A model generated the notes under the pieces. The model was not told the origin of the DNA. It saw only the letters and a list, made by a program, of their open reading frames with translations, and did not search any database. A DNA stretch of 60,706 nt, counting the filler, from Sphacelaria rigidula (taxonomy: Eukaryota), in the NCBI GenBank assembly GCA_964200075.2. It is 7 parts of 7 records of this genome, joined end to end, with 100 filler letters (N's around TTAATTAATTAA, not from the genome) between each part and the next. Parts side by side here need not be neighbours in the genome. Positions count along the whole stretch, not along the records: positions 17,377 to 25,963 come from CAXNAA020010688.1; positions 26,064 to 34,649 come from CAXNAA020010689.1; 5 more parts are not named here. One strand, 5' to 3'. Position numbers and translations under genes: made by a program. Positions within the stretch are counted from its first letter, which is position 1, and the number at the start of each line of letters is the position of its first letter. Below, one piece after another: positions 23,801-34,749 of the stretch.

Positions 23801-25620
23801 TGTACTTCTCTGAGTTTCCTCATGTAGTATTTGTCTTCGGTGCTTAAATGTCCTAGCGTCGATAGATATTGGGAAGAGAAGCAAGTCGTGCTCAGAACAC
23901 AATCCTCTATTGGTGTTGTCGGGGTGATACAGAGTAAGTAGCTTGTTCATTAGGGGGTGTTATCGACCATCACTGGTCCAAAAAACACAGTGATTTGGCT
24001 CTAGCGCAATATATGGGTAAAAACTGAAAGAAAAAAAAGTATTTGGTCACCAAAACGAGTGGGATTGCTTCAATCGAGCAAAATTTGTCAAGGGTCTGAA
24101 CCTGGGGCTGGGTTGTCTCAGGAGCCCCGAAAAAGCAGTCAGTCCGTAAGTAACTCCATAATGAGCACAGATGTTACCTGAGTTCGGAATGTGGAGGGAA
24201 TCCCTAGTATCTCCCGATCCCCAAACATTGGGATCAAAGATTCACTGGGATGACGGTGGTACGCGAAAACACTTCCCAATATCCCCGACTACGAAAAACC
24301 ACGAAGATCTCCTATTTCAGATGAAAACAACTGTATGTATATATAACTCATATACATATGGGGGGGGCGTACTCATTTGGGGGTAAGGGAAAATCTAAGA
24401 TATCAAGTCCAAGCCCAGAACAGTGTTTTTCACAAGCGGGCTGGATATGTACTCCGCAGTATTTGTGTTTCCAGGATCAAGTACCTCTGAGTACTAAGTA
24501 CCACACCCCGAAATACTCGTATTCGGACTCTATCCTACGCTGTGGTTACCACCCTTGCGTTGTCTCTTCCCTGTCATTATATTGTTCGGCGATGTATGCC
24601 ATCATTCATTGTTCAGCGTCTTCAGTTGTTCGTCATCATGATCAACTCTCCAGATGTTTCATGGAGTATGCTGTTCTTTCCTTTTCCATCATGCATGTGT
24701 ACCACGGCTGGATCCCTGGGGGGTCAGTTAAAAGAACGACAACCAAAACAATCAATCGAAATCAATCACATGTTTGGTCATGATCCATTGTGCAGTCTGT
24801 CCAAGCCGTAATAGGTTGTGCTATTTCGTCACGGTACAGTTGAGTGGACACCCCCCACATGCAAATCGTGAATCCGCATCATCAGGCAAGGATAGGAAGG
24901 GATGATGGGTTTGATCGTATGCAGACAATCATCTTGACGTAAGCATTTTTTTTTTCCCTTCTTTCATTTTTCTCTCATTTTTCTTTCATTTTTTTCATGC
25001 TTCTGCTTTTTGTTTCTGACTACGAGTCGGAGTGTTGCAATCAGCTACGCAACGCACGATCATCATCCTTTTTGTCTTTGTTCGTGCTTGTGTTTGTCTT
25101 TGTGCTTGTCGTTTTTTTGTTGCTACTGCCGTTGTTTGTTCCTGTTATTTTTGGTGTTGGTGGTGTTTTTTGTTGTTGTCGCTGCCCCCTTTCTGTCCTT
25201 TCTGAGGCCGTTGCTTCTGTCGTTCTTCTGTTCCTCTCTTTCTTCATTGTTTCTTTGTTGATTTATCATTCTGTTCTATTTTTGCTGCTCCTGACCACGG
25301 GCTGGATTGTTGCAATCAGCTCATGTGAGATAATCAATCATCAATCAAGCAGAACAGAAGAGGATATTCGGGCAGCCATGCTCTGCGCCCACCGCTCTAG
25401 ACAAAACCGAACACCAAACTTGGCAAACGCAGAAAAACATGAAAAACACGAGAAGAAAGAAAAACGCAGCTTACGAAGTCATGAGTCACGACAAGACCTC
25501 GCCCACCTCCGCATCGCTGAGCTTCTCTCCTCCCGTCTTGAGGATCCGGTCGCAGAAGCTGCACATAAGGTCGGCATTCTTGAATTTGCCCACATCTCGA
25601 TTCACGAAGTCCACGAACGC
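17676..25620 (-). CDS. CUL1: Cullin-1-like E3 ligase scaffold, partial (six internal exons)
   Basis: Exons 25620-25507, 23154-23010, 21769-21606, 20531-20422, 18531-18438 and 17852-17676 splice in frame. Cullin motifs: FCDRILK, LFSYLTDKDLFAEIYRNQLAKRLL, KLKLRCGSQFTSKMEGMMNDL, VLTTGYWP, RRLGWAHSLG, LHSLSCGKFKVL. N- and C-termini lie outside the block. Confidence 0.95.
18438..18531 (-). CDS. CUL1: Cullin exon: HRRLGWAHSLGNVTIRAKYQKQYDLQITTLQ
   Basis: ctcag acceptor, GTACGT donor, 94 nt, phase-compatible with neighbours. Confidence 0.94.
20155..20328. mobile_element. Hairpin MITE (CAC[C/T]CTGGACAA-type ends) in cullin intron
   Basis: Perfect 19-bp inverted repeat tagaccaaaaatgtactgg (20188-20206) / ccagtacatttttggtcta (20274-20292); outer ends ctggacaa / ttgtccag; related short elements at ~20610-20821, ~22321-22459 and ~22686-22835. 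Confidence 0.75.
20422..20531 (-). CDS. CUL1: Cullin exon: VLTTGYWPSYKPLEVTLPKTMKKCTQVFEKYYNETT(S)
   Basis: tgcag acceptor, GTGAGT donor, 110 nt. Confidence 0.95.
21606..21769 (-). CDS. CUL1: Cullin exon: (G)KLKLRCGSQFTSKMEGMMNDL...DFNVQ
   Basis: gcag acceptor, 164 nt, ends at non-canonical CAG|GCACGT donor. Confidence 0.92.
23010..23154 (-). CDS. CUL1: Cullin exon: VEEYLAKVVQLFSYLTDKDLFAEIYRNQLAKRLLNQRSASDDMERLMI
   Basis: gcag acceptor, GTGAGT donor, 145 nt. Confidence 0.95.
23422..24333. mobile_element. ~910-bp non-coding element with ~180-bp diverged terminal inverted repeats
   Basis: 23422-23597 mirrors 24160-24333 (e.g. ttttcgtagtcgg/ccgactacgaaaa, ctccacattccgaa/ttcggaatgtggag); TA at both flanks; internal direct repeat ggctctagcgcaat at ~23671 and ~23997. 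Confidence 0.8.
25507..25620 (-). CDS. CUL1: Cullin exon: AFVDFVNRDVGKFKNADLMCSFCDRILKTGGEKLSDAE
   Basis: ccag acceptor, GTGGGC donor, 114 nt, phase 0/0; not shown in this frame in the ORF track. Confidence 0.93.
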
Positions 25621-26063
25621 CTGGTTGAAAAAAATAATCAATCAACCGTAGAATTCAACAAGAGAACATCAAAACAGAAGGGGGGGAGGAGAAGGGGGGA
25701 AGGCGGGAAGACGGGAAGGGGGGACGGGGGCCGAGGAATGATCGGGAGGGGGGGGACATGCAACAAAATAAAAAACGAGATATGTCAAAAGACGAGAAAA
25801 CATAGAGAAGAAAGAGGTGCCTGAGTGCGGGATTCGCAATACTCAGCCATCGTTGCCCGGAACGCCGGGGTGGAGGTGGGGGTGGGAGGGGGGGGGCGTA
25901 CTCATTTGATGCTTGCCTTAGTGGTTTGACCATTGACCACGCATCCCTTTCGAGACGGAGCACNNNNNNNNNNNNNNNNNNNNNNNNNNNNNNNNNNNNN
26001 NNNNNNNTTAATTAATTAANNNNNNNNNNNNNNNNNNNNNNNNNNNNNNNNNNNNNNNNNNNN

Positions 26064-26220
26064 TGCGACTCGCCGAGCAAACCACGGCGCTTCGCGCTTG
26101 GTGGTTTGAGTGTAAGCCTGGTCCGGCGAGAACCCAGCGTGCTCCGTCCCGACATTTTCGGGACGTGAGGTCAATGGTCTGATGACTATGGCATGCATGA
26201 TTATGAGTACACCCTCACCG
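26064..26220 (-). mobile_element. Dispersed repeat family 1 fragment
   Basis: Matches 57050-57205 and 52122-52237 in the same orientation and 46270-46390 reversed. Confidence 0.8.
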
Positions 26221-29200
26221 CCCACGGCCTATTCCTACGGACGATTTCGTAGGAACTAAGGCCCTACCGTCTCACCTCTTCCACCCTAAAAGTACTGGCT
26301 TTGGAATTTGTCATGAAGAACTGGGTGAGCACTACTACAGCCCGTCGACTCTCGCCGAGTACTCTTGCCGCTCGCGTCGTCGCACTTTCATCCAATAGGA
26401 CTAGGTCCGGCTCAAAGGTATTTACCCCTTCGCATATCATCCAATAAGACCAGGTCCGGCTCAAAAATATTTTCCTCTGCGAGCTGGGCCAGGAGTAAAC
26501 CCCATAATTGCCGCTTATACCGCAACTAATCAAGTTACCCAAAGCAGCTCGACATGAACACATCGCTGTGAACTGCAGACCAACCCGGTGGCGCACGGCA
26601 CCGCCGCTGAATGAAAAATCCCCCCAAAAGTGTACTGCATTATATATGACCTCAGCGACGGAACGAAAAACAAAAGAGAATCTGTCGGGAAGCGAACCCG
26701 TGACCTCCGTAACTGGAGTCTCCTCTATCACTTGGATTAAAGGCGCGCAGCGGTGTCACAAAAAGTGTCCGGCTGCACCCGATTTGAGGTAGGTATTTCG
26801 GGCTGAAACTTCACCAGGATCTCTGGCACAGAAATACCCACAACGTGCGAGAAGGTGGCGCCGTATTTTTTCATTTTCACGGAGTTATAACATTTCCCCT
26901 GTTTTAGCTGAAACTTTAAACAGCACTGACTTTGCGTTTTTTGTTTCTGTTTTTCCTCGGCACTTTTGCACAAGTTGCGCGTGTGTATGACAAAAAAATG
27001 TCGTGTCTAAATTTCGGCGCCTGACGCTTCGAATTACCAACCGCCGGGACCGAAAACATTCAGAAATCACTGTCAGCTGGCCCAGCTCGCATAGCTCGCA
27101 TAGCTCGGATAGCTCGAAGTTATTCGACTCCAAGGGCTACTAGTCATGGCTGGCCATCACCCACAATCCCCGACACTTGACGCAGAGAGGCAGATGAAAA
27201 GAGAGAAGCTGAAACCTTTCTCATCTTTTCTTTCCCCTATCGGGATATACGCGTGTAGTTCAGAGACAAGACTCAGACATGAACCCGGGTAGAGGTGAAA
27301 GCTATCGTACAGCATCGGTGTTCTCCTCGGCATAGTTAGCCTGTACCCTACCGTGGGAACGCGACCGAAAAAGCGCTCAGAGCTTTCCCGCCAGGAAGCT
27401 ACGATCAAACAGGAATAGCCTGTGCTACAAAAAGAGGGATACGTAATTGGATAGATGATATTTGTGATAAGGGGTCGACAGCATACATGAGATAAAAGCA
27501 AATACGACAGCGCCACACGACTGATTTAGCCAAACACGCCAGGTCGCTCGAAGCTCGGCACGCGGCAGGAGAATGACACAAGTACATGAAACATCACTAG
27601 AAGACGATAGACAAAACACTAGAGAAGGTGAAGCGGAATCCCTCTCTCTGTTTCTGTGCACTAACCTTTGCTTATCGTCGAAGGTAGAGAACGAAGATCC
27701 GAGCCTCCGAACATGTGCACTGCCATCACTCCCAGCTGGTACCGGTCCGCGAGTATGCCGTTGACATTTCGCTTGTGGTTGGGGAAGAAGTGGGACGTGA
27801 CGAAATCCTGCCGACACATCATGGCCGAAATGGCACAGGGACAACAGCGCTCGGTGAGCATCAAACGCACGAGGAGCCTCAAGAGGGGAAAACGAGGGAC
27901 TTCGAGAGTCGGTGATAGTGGTGATAGAGATGAAACAGACAGCTCGCTGGGCATCTCGCGTCGCTCACTTGTTTTCTTGAACAAATACTAGGCGTATCGG
28001 GCACAATGAAGGCAGGCGATGGCGAACGACAACAACGCCATGTACATGTATAGGCGCGCGGGGTAGGGTGTCTTATTGCTGTGCAACTAAGCAATAGTGG
28101 GTACACCGCCTCGTGACGGCACACATTGAGCCTTGCATAGAGCTAGAGTCGCCCCTCACACCGCCTGGGCAAAGGCTCGAAGCCAATAGCCGCCTCTGCT
28201 CAACGCTAGTTACCAGTCACCAGGCGGTGCGTTGAAGGGGTGATATTTTCAGCCACCGAGACCATGAGATTATGGCTTCTGTCCTTTTTACCCACGGAAA
28301 ACCGGCCTTGTACGGGGTCATAAACAGAGAAATTGATGCTACGATGTCCGTTCGCGCACTGTTGTCGTTTAGCGCGTAATCCCTGCTTGCACTCGCGACA
28401 AAATACTGATGCGGACAATCAGCCTTGAAATGTAGATATCGCAGCCGAGGGATGAAAAATCTGTCGTCCGCCTATTCTGCGTAACGGCTCCCAGTACATG
28501 CAAGAGCCAATCGAGACAAGCGTGGGTTCCACCTTCCACACGTACGTGGCCGCATCGCCGCCTGCTACTCTGGTCAGTCTCGTTGGCAACGGCCTACCTG
28601 CTGCTGGTCTGTAGTTGACGCTCGCCCCTCCCTCGGACGCTCCACTACTTCGTCACCTGGCTGTGCCCTGTACGTGGCGTATCCCTGCAGAGGACAAACC
28701 GGGGCCCGGACAAGCTGTGGGTCATCCAATACGCTGATGCCAAACTGCACGAGCGGCTTTTCGGGGGTACGACGACATGACGACATAACGACACCGCCAC
28801 CATGGATAACACCTCACTACGCTACCCACGAGAGACGCACAGTTCACATGCTTGGCGGCAGGAACAGGACGAGCCATATCACTCCTACGAGAAACCACCG
28901 GTCGACTGACCGATGAGCAAACATGACCACCTGGACGACGGCGATCCGTGACATCTACATTCATATTTATACTTACGCAGAAACCTCAAAAATCAAGGTA
29001 CAAAAAGCAGCGTAAAATCAATATATACCTCGACACGCTCTGGGCCAAAAGCAGCTGCCGGACAGCCTCAACTCGACATGCCCTACCCGGTACACAGCTG
29101 CTAGATCGCGGAGACAAAAAACCTTGCTCCTGCCAGACCGAGGCCTGAAAGTAAGCCGTTTACTGTGTGTGGCAGACACTGTATGTAACTGCTTGCGCCA

Positions 29201-29608
29201 GATTTTGCACTTGATTTCAGCCATTCGGACAAACGGAGAATTTCGCGACTCTCATTGATGCAACCCAATCTCAGCCTTCCGTAACATACCCGAGTACCAG
29301 CCCCAAGCAGCAGACGTAATCTTTAGGATGTCTTTAGTACACGTTCAGAGAGCGCATCCTAGATCATATTCAGCAATAGAACATACGGCAAAATCCGCTG
29401 CAAAAGCTCATGTGTGTGTGTGTGTGTGTGTATGGCAGAGCACGTATCGGGCGTGACGACCTTGATCCAACGCCGCCCTCCAGTTTGCGTTGCTACGGTC
29501 TGTAGTCTGTAGCCTGCGGCTGTTCGCGGTCCAGAAATGTCCTGGTATACCCGAATCGTGTCACATACCCCCGAAACAAGGCCGTACGTGCACACCACAC
29601 CGACATAC

Positions 29609-30802
29609 CTTGTTCTTCGCTCCTTCAGCCAGTCGAGAAGACCCGAAGTCTACGATGAAAACCTCCTTCTCCTTGTACGGTGTCTTGGCAGTTTCAACCT
29701 CATATTGCGAACGCGCCAGAACGATATGGCCGGGGTGGATGTCCAAGTGGTATACCCCAATCGAGTGCATGAACTCCACTTTCCTGCACACCTGGCCAGG
29801 CGAGTTTCAACAGGCGGCGGCATGTCTCGCGCATGAACTCTCTGGAATGTGTGACAACCGACTGGGCTATACAGCAAGCACGAGTGACGCACGCACTCAG
29901 GCACATGCTGTGCGTACAGGAATGTTGATCTCACCTGATACAAAATAGACTCGAGCTGGTCAACCTCCCACGCCGGCATCTTAGCTCCTGCCGCCGAAAC
30001 ATCAGGCACTTCGCTGCAGAGCGTTTCGCCCTCGAGCATCCCGCCGCCTTCGACAGTCGAGCGGTGCTTGTCGACAATGTGCTGAAGTGACACCCTATCG
30101 GTGAGCAGTGACGGGGAACACCGACATCCCGTTGGAGGCGCGTGGTAAGGGCACGAGCAGTGGTAGCCATCAGGAGGACGGGGTTAGTCGTGGAGCATGA
30201 GTACCGATGCACGCGATCCTGGTTGGGCGTCGGTGCTTGACCGTGGCCTACCATTCCTCTAGTTTCCTCGGGCCAAAATACTCCGGCTCTCGATCCAGGG
30301 AAATGCTTTCCGTGTCGTTCGTCGTTACCAAACAAAGTTGGTGACCTCATCGGTGGCTACACAAAACATACCATAACTACGTCAGGTCTGGCCGACGTCA
30401 GCGTGGTTCGGATGGGTGACGAACGCTAGTGCTTCGCCACTTTGCAACGGAACCAGTCGCCTACTGATTTGCAAAAGTGAACATCAGACAGCCGCCTGGT
30501 TACAACGTACCGATGGGTGTTGCGCATACATCATGAATGTACCAAGAATTTCAACATACTGCAGACGCGAGTGTTCACCTGCCCACGCTTTCGCTGGTGG
30601 TGAACATGTCCCCCTTCCGCCTGCCGTCGTTCCACGCCCACAGCTCCGGCACGAAACGACGGTGGTTCTGGTAATTGCATTGAGTTTCGATGTGAACGAG
30701 AGCATCTACCTCTTTGCCCACCTCCTGCTCCCCCACCACCATCCTCCTTGGCTTGAATGTTTTGTTGACTCCTATTTCCCGGCCCAAATCCCCCTCATCC
30801 CT
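29609..30802 (-). CDS. Atypical protein kinase-like gene fragment (three exons; may be a pseudogene)
   Basis: Exons 30802-30579, 30094-29935 and 29791-29609 have AG/GT ends and compatible phases (2, 0, 0). They give GVNK...EVDALVHI...FVPELW...SESVGRVSLQHIV...ILYQVCRKVEFMHSIGVYHLDIHPGHI...VFIVDFGSS. NFGTI lies upstream in the same open frame (30575-31081). Confidence 0.8.
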
Positions 30803-33800
30803 CTGAGGCAAGACACAGCGAGGTATAGAGGGATGGCAGAAACACACGGACATGAGGTGACAAAACTTTTGTTGTCCATCCATCGTCGACGAGATGGTTC
30901 CAAAGTTGGATACCGGAGGTCTGCGCTCTTCTTGTGGGATTCGAAGGCCACAGGCTCGTTGCAAGTGTAGCTTCGGCGCAAGTTTGATACGCCACGCCGA
31001 CCCCTGGGTCGGATCCTTGCCTTCGGTACTGGTATCCGAGTCGTCCACGGGTGATACTTGCACGTGTTTATCATGTTCCAAGAACGTAGCACGCGACCAT
31101 TTTCGTGAAAGGGAACGTCACAACACGGGAAGTTCTGCAACTCTAGGGAAATTGACAGAGACGACACCATTATTTTATGGGGCTTGCTTTGCGCGCGAGG
31201 TACCCTAGTTGTCGAAATCCCGGTCAGTGCTGTGCACGTGGACGAATGGCGTCCTCGTACTCAGTGTAGGCGGTACATGCTGGGACGACAATAATATGTG
31301 TTGGATAACAAACGTTAGCTGACCTGCCAATGTATGGCATTATCCAACTCTACATCACGTCAAATGTCGAGGTTGCGATCAAAGATATCAGTTGACGACA
31401 TCGGGAGATATAGGAGCCAGATACGGCGGCTAGCTTTGTTCGTGGGTCGGTGATTCGTTGAATTGTCTGGCTTGCACGAGGCCAGATAGTACAGTGGGTG
31501 TTAACTCATGACAATGTTCAACGTCAGAAAGTATTTTTGTCCAATGACCATGCCCTTGCGATGTTCCACACGAAAGTTCAAAGCAAAACTCTCTCTCGAC
31601 ACTGAGCTGCTGAATGCCTGACGAATAAGGTACAGCTCTGGTTGTAGGCTGGCCAAGTCTGTACATCTGGAATTCCCCCCCTCCGTTTTGAGAGTTGCAC
31701 TCTTCGAAGGTTTGTAATGGAGAATCGCTAGCGCGAACATAGAAAATACATCATTTTGGGACCTTGCGATTTTTGTTTGTCATGAGTCGGGGACACTTTT
31801 GCGAAAAATGCAACTTGACTTTTGGCCTAAACTCAAGAGGAAGAAATCCCAAGGCTTCACCATGACGTTTTTTATAATGCCCTAGCAACTCTCCACACCA
31901 AAAGTGAAGGTAGGAAACTCACAAACTGGAGGCGACAGTCTGTCTGCAATCAAGCTACAGATCCGCTTCTGAGCTCACCCAGCTCGTCGTACAGCGACTT
32001 ATTCCGTCTTGCTCACCGTGGAAATGTCTCATCTCGTGCCCATGGCTGGATACCTCCGGGATCACTCAATGTGCGTAGTCATTCAGTCAGTCAATATAAC
32101 CATCAACCAACGACACGATTGGCCAACCCAGGTTCGAGGCTCGTCTTGTGGAGCAAAAGGATAAGTGTTTGTCGAAATCTGTCCACTATTTTCGCCCTGT
32201 GACTGATGGGTGCGACACCTCCCCCCGACAGGGTCGCCAAAGAATCTGCGCTCGCAATCCGGCGTTGGAAACTCGACCGGGGGTTGTTCTACTCGATTTG
32301 CGCGAGGCAACTGGTATTCCGATTACTCCAAGGGGACTACTGACGTGCAACCACAAGGGCGCATAAATGCAAGGGTATGATACAACCAAATACAACGACG
32401 CATGAATGACAGAGCTTCGTTGCCCCAGCGATCTCGAAACACAGGTCGAGTACGAGTAACTGTTAATCAGCTGAGCGTGATGTGCTTGGTTTTTCTCAAA
32501 TTTGTTCAAAATACCAATGAGGCACAGTTAATCATTCCAGATGCGCACCGACAAGTGCCGCACAAAGGGCTAGCAACGGCAGGTGTTCGGTTGTATAGTA
32601 AAGCAAGACGCACGCGGCCGCCCTTCCCCCACTACTGAACGGAGATCCGAGAAACCAATACCGCTGTGTGTAGATGAGCAACGGCTAGGGCGGGAGGTAT
32701 TGTACGTGAGTGGATGGATGTCTGTGCGCGTTTTGTAGGTGCCATGTTTTTTTCCGGCGTCATTCTTGTACCAGCACGAGCTGGGCCGGCCTAGGATCGG
32801 GTCCGTAGGTTGCAGGTCTACTATCGCCTCAATTTTGAGAGTTAGACGGTCATATTCGGTATGGAGAATCAAGAGGGCATGATAAAAGGGAAACAAAAAT
32901 GGAACGTTCCGGGTTTTCTCTTCATGAGTTGAGGGCAATAAACAGTGCTCACTTATCATGAAAGCGTCCACAGTTCATGGACAAAATCAAATCTCCATGT
33001 CCCGACCGTTTTTCTTCATTCTGCTTCGTTGATCCTCCATACCAAGTTCGAAAGCCAACTCTCAAAATTGACGTGAGAATGGGCGATTTAAAACCCGGAC
33101 CGGTCGAGATTCGAAACAGTATTTTGCGGGCCATTTACCCTCCCACTTTTGATAATTATGCTTTGACATTTTGTGCGGAGGATCAGTAGGGCATGGTGAT
33201 GATAGTAAAACTACCAAGATATTTTGTCTTCAAGAGTTGGGGACGTTATGGCGTAATATAGGCTATTTTTTCACGAGAAGGTTCTTGACTCATGAAAAGA
33301 AAAAGGTTGCAGGCCTACTTTTTTTCTTCAGTGTGCCCTTGCGATTTTCCAAACCCAGGTTCAAACCACAACTCTAATATATAGGATGAGAACCTGGGGT
33401 AGAGGCCGAAGACAATTCCGTTTTCCCCACGAAAGTGTGCTTAACTTATGGATAAATTGCCCCAAGGTGGCGAACGTCTTTTCGTGTGTTATCCTTGCGA
33501 TATCCCGAAATGACAGAACCAAAGCAGCACAACTTTCAAACTGAGACTTGACCTCCACATTCGGTTCATACATGTAGTCTCTGCTCGTAATATAGTGAAC
33601 TTGTTGTGGAATTTTCAGTTCGCCGTGTCTCTAGATAGATTTCGAATCAGGTGAAGATAGATGAGGGTATCGATCGTCTTACCGTGCTCCGGGAAATGTT
33701 CTCACCAAAATCGCCATCGTCCGCTGTACATATCATCCGTGCTTTCATAAAGACTCTAGTATGGAGCCTATTTCGGCACGATGAAGGAATCACTCCACAT

Positions 33801-34749
33801 CGCGTTTGATTTGTAGTACTGGGCGCCTGAACTATATATTGTTCAGAAGGACTTTTACTCGTGTATACTCTTCTGTAGAACTCGAAAATGCTAGCGTCGG
33901 TACATCATGGTAAAGTTAATAGATCGTATTTCTCCCCCAGTGCCAAAATTAGTGTTACTTGGTCTTATCAGGCGATGCGAGTCGATACCCCGTTTATAGG
34001 GAGGGTGTTATTGACCGTGAAACACAACTACTTGGCTCTAGTGCAATAAGTAGGTAGAATTTCGAAAAAAACGGTTCTGTACCTTTCTTCCGAAACATAA
34101 TCGGGACAGGTTCGATCGACCGAAAGTACCGAAGAGTCAGAACCCGGACAGAAACGTGGCAGGACCCCCGATGACCGATTAGCCCGTAAGTCACTCAATA
34201 TTGAGTCCAGGTGATTTTGTGTTCTTCGAATGTGAGGCGGATACAAGTATCTTCAGATCCTCAATGCGATGAGCGGTGGCAAGCTGAAGAACCCAACAAA
34301 ACCGCCAATTACGAAGGAATCGCCAATATGAACAGTTCAGGCGCCCAATTACTGGACAAGAAGAAAAGCGGGCCCGGGCTCTTGAGAAGACCGGCATCTT
34401 CCCCTCGAATACACGATTGATATGGGATATGCGGATCACGGCCCAATTTGTCTGTTGTGTCGATGAGATATTGGTGTGAGAGCTTGAATCCGTTTCCAGG
34501 CTGGCCCAGCTCGTACTTGTACGGGGTTGTTGAACCAACGACTACTTCAAGATCCGCCACATCTTCGAATCTGGTGGAAGTGTAATGCGTGAGAGGACCG
34601 CGTGCTTAGAGGACCGCATCGGAATTTGAACATCCCCATGGTTAGGGTTNNNNNNNNNNNNNNNNNNNNNNNNNNNNNNNNNNNNNNNNNNNNTTAATTA
34701 ATTAANNNNNNNNNNNNNNNNNNNNNNNNNNNNNNNNNNNNNNNNNNNN

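Noticed and set aside
24541-24859. Solo LTR (TGTGG...CCACA) in cullin intron
   Set aside because: Only a 5-bp terminal match, no TSD (tacgc vs tgcaa) and no second copy in the window.
24997-25824. 275-aa plus-strand ORF
   Set aside because: Antisense to a cullin exon and made of low-complexity intronic sequence.
34640-34649. Telomere repeat GGTTAGGGTT
   Set aside because: Fewer than two units and adjacent to a synthetic spacer.
26064-34649. Kinase nested in a cullin intron
   Set aside because: A synthetic spacer separates the blocks, so adjacency is not evidence.
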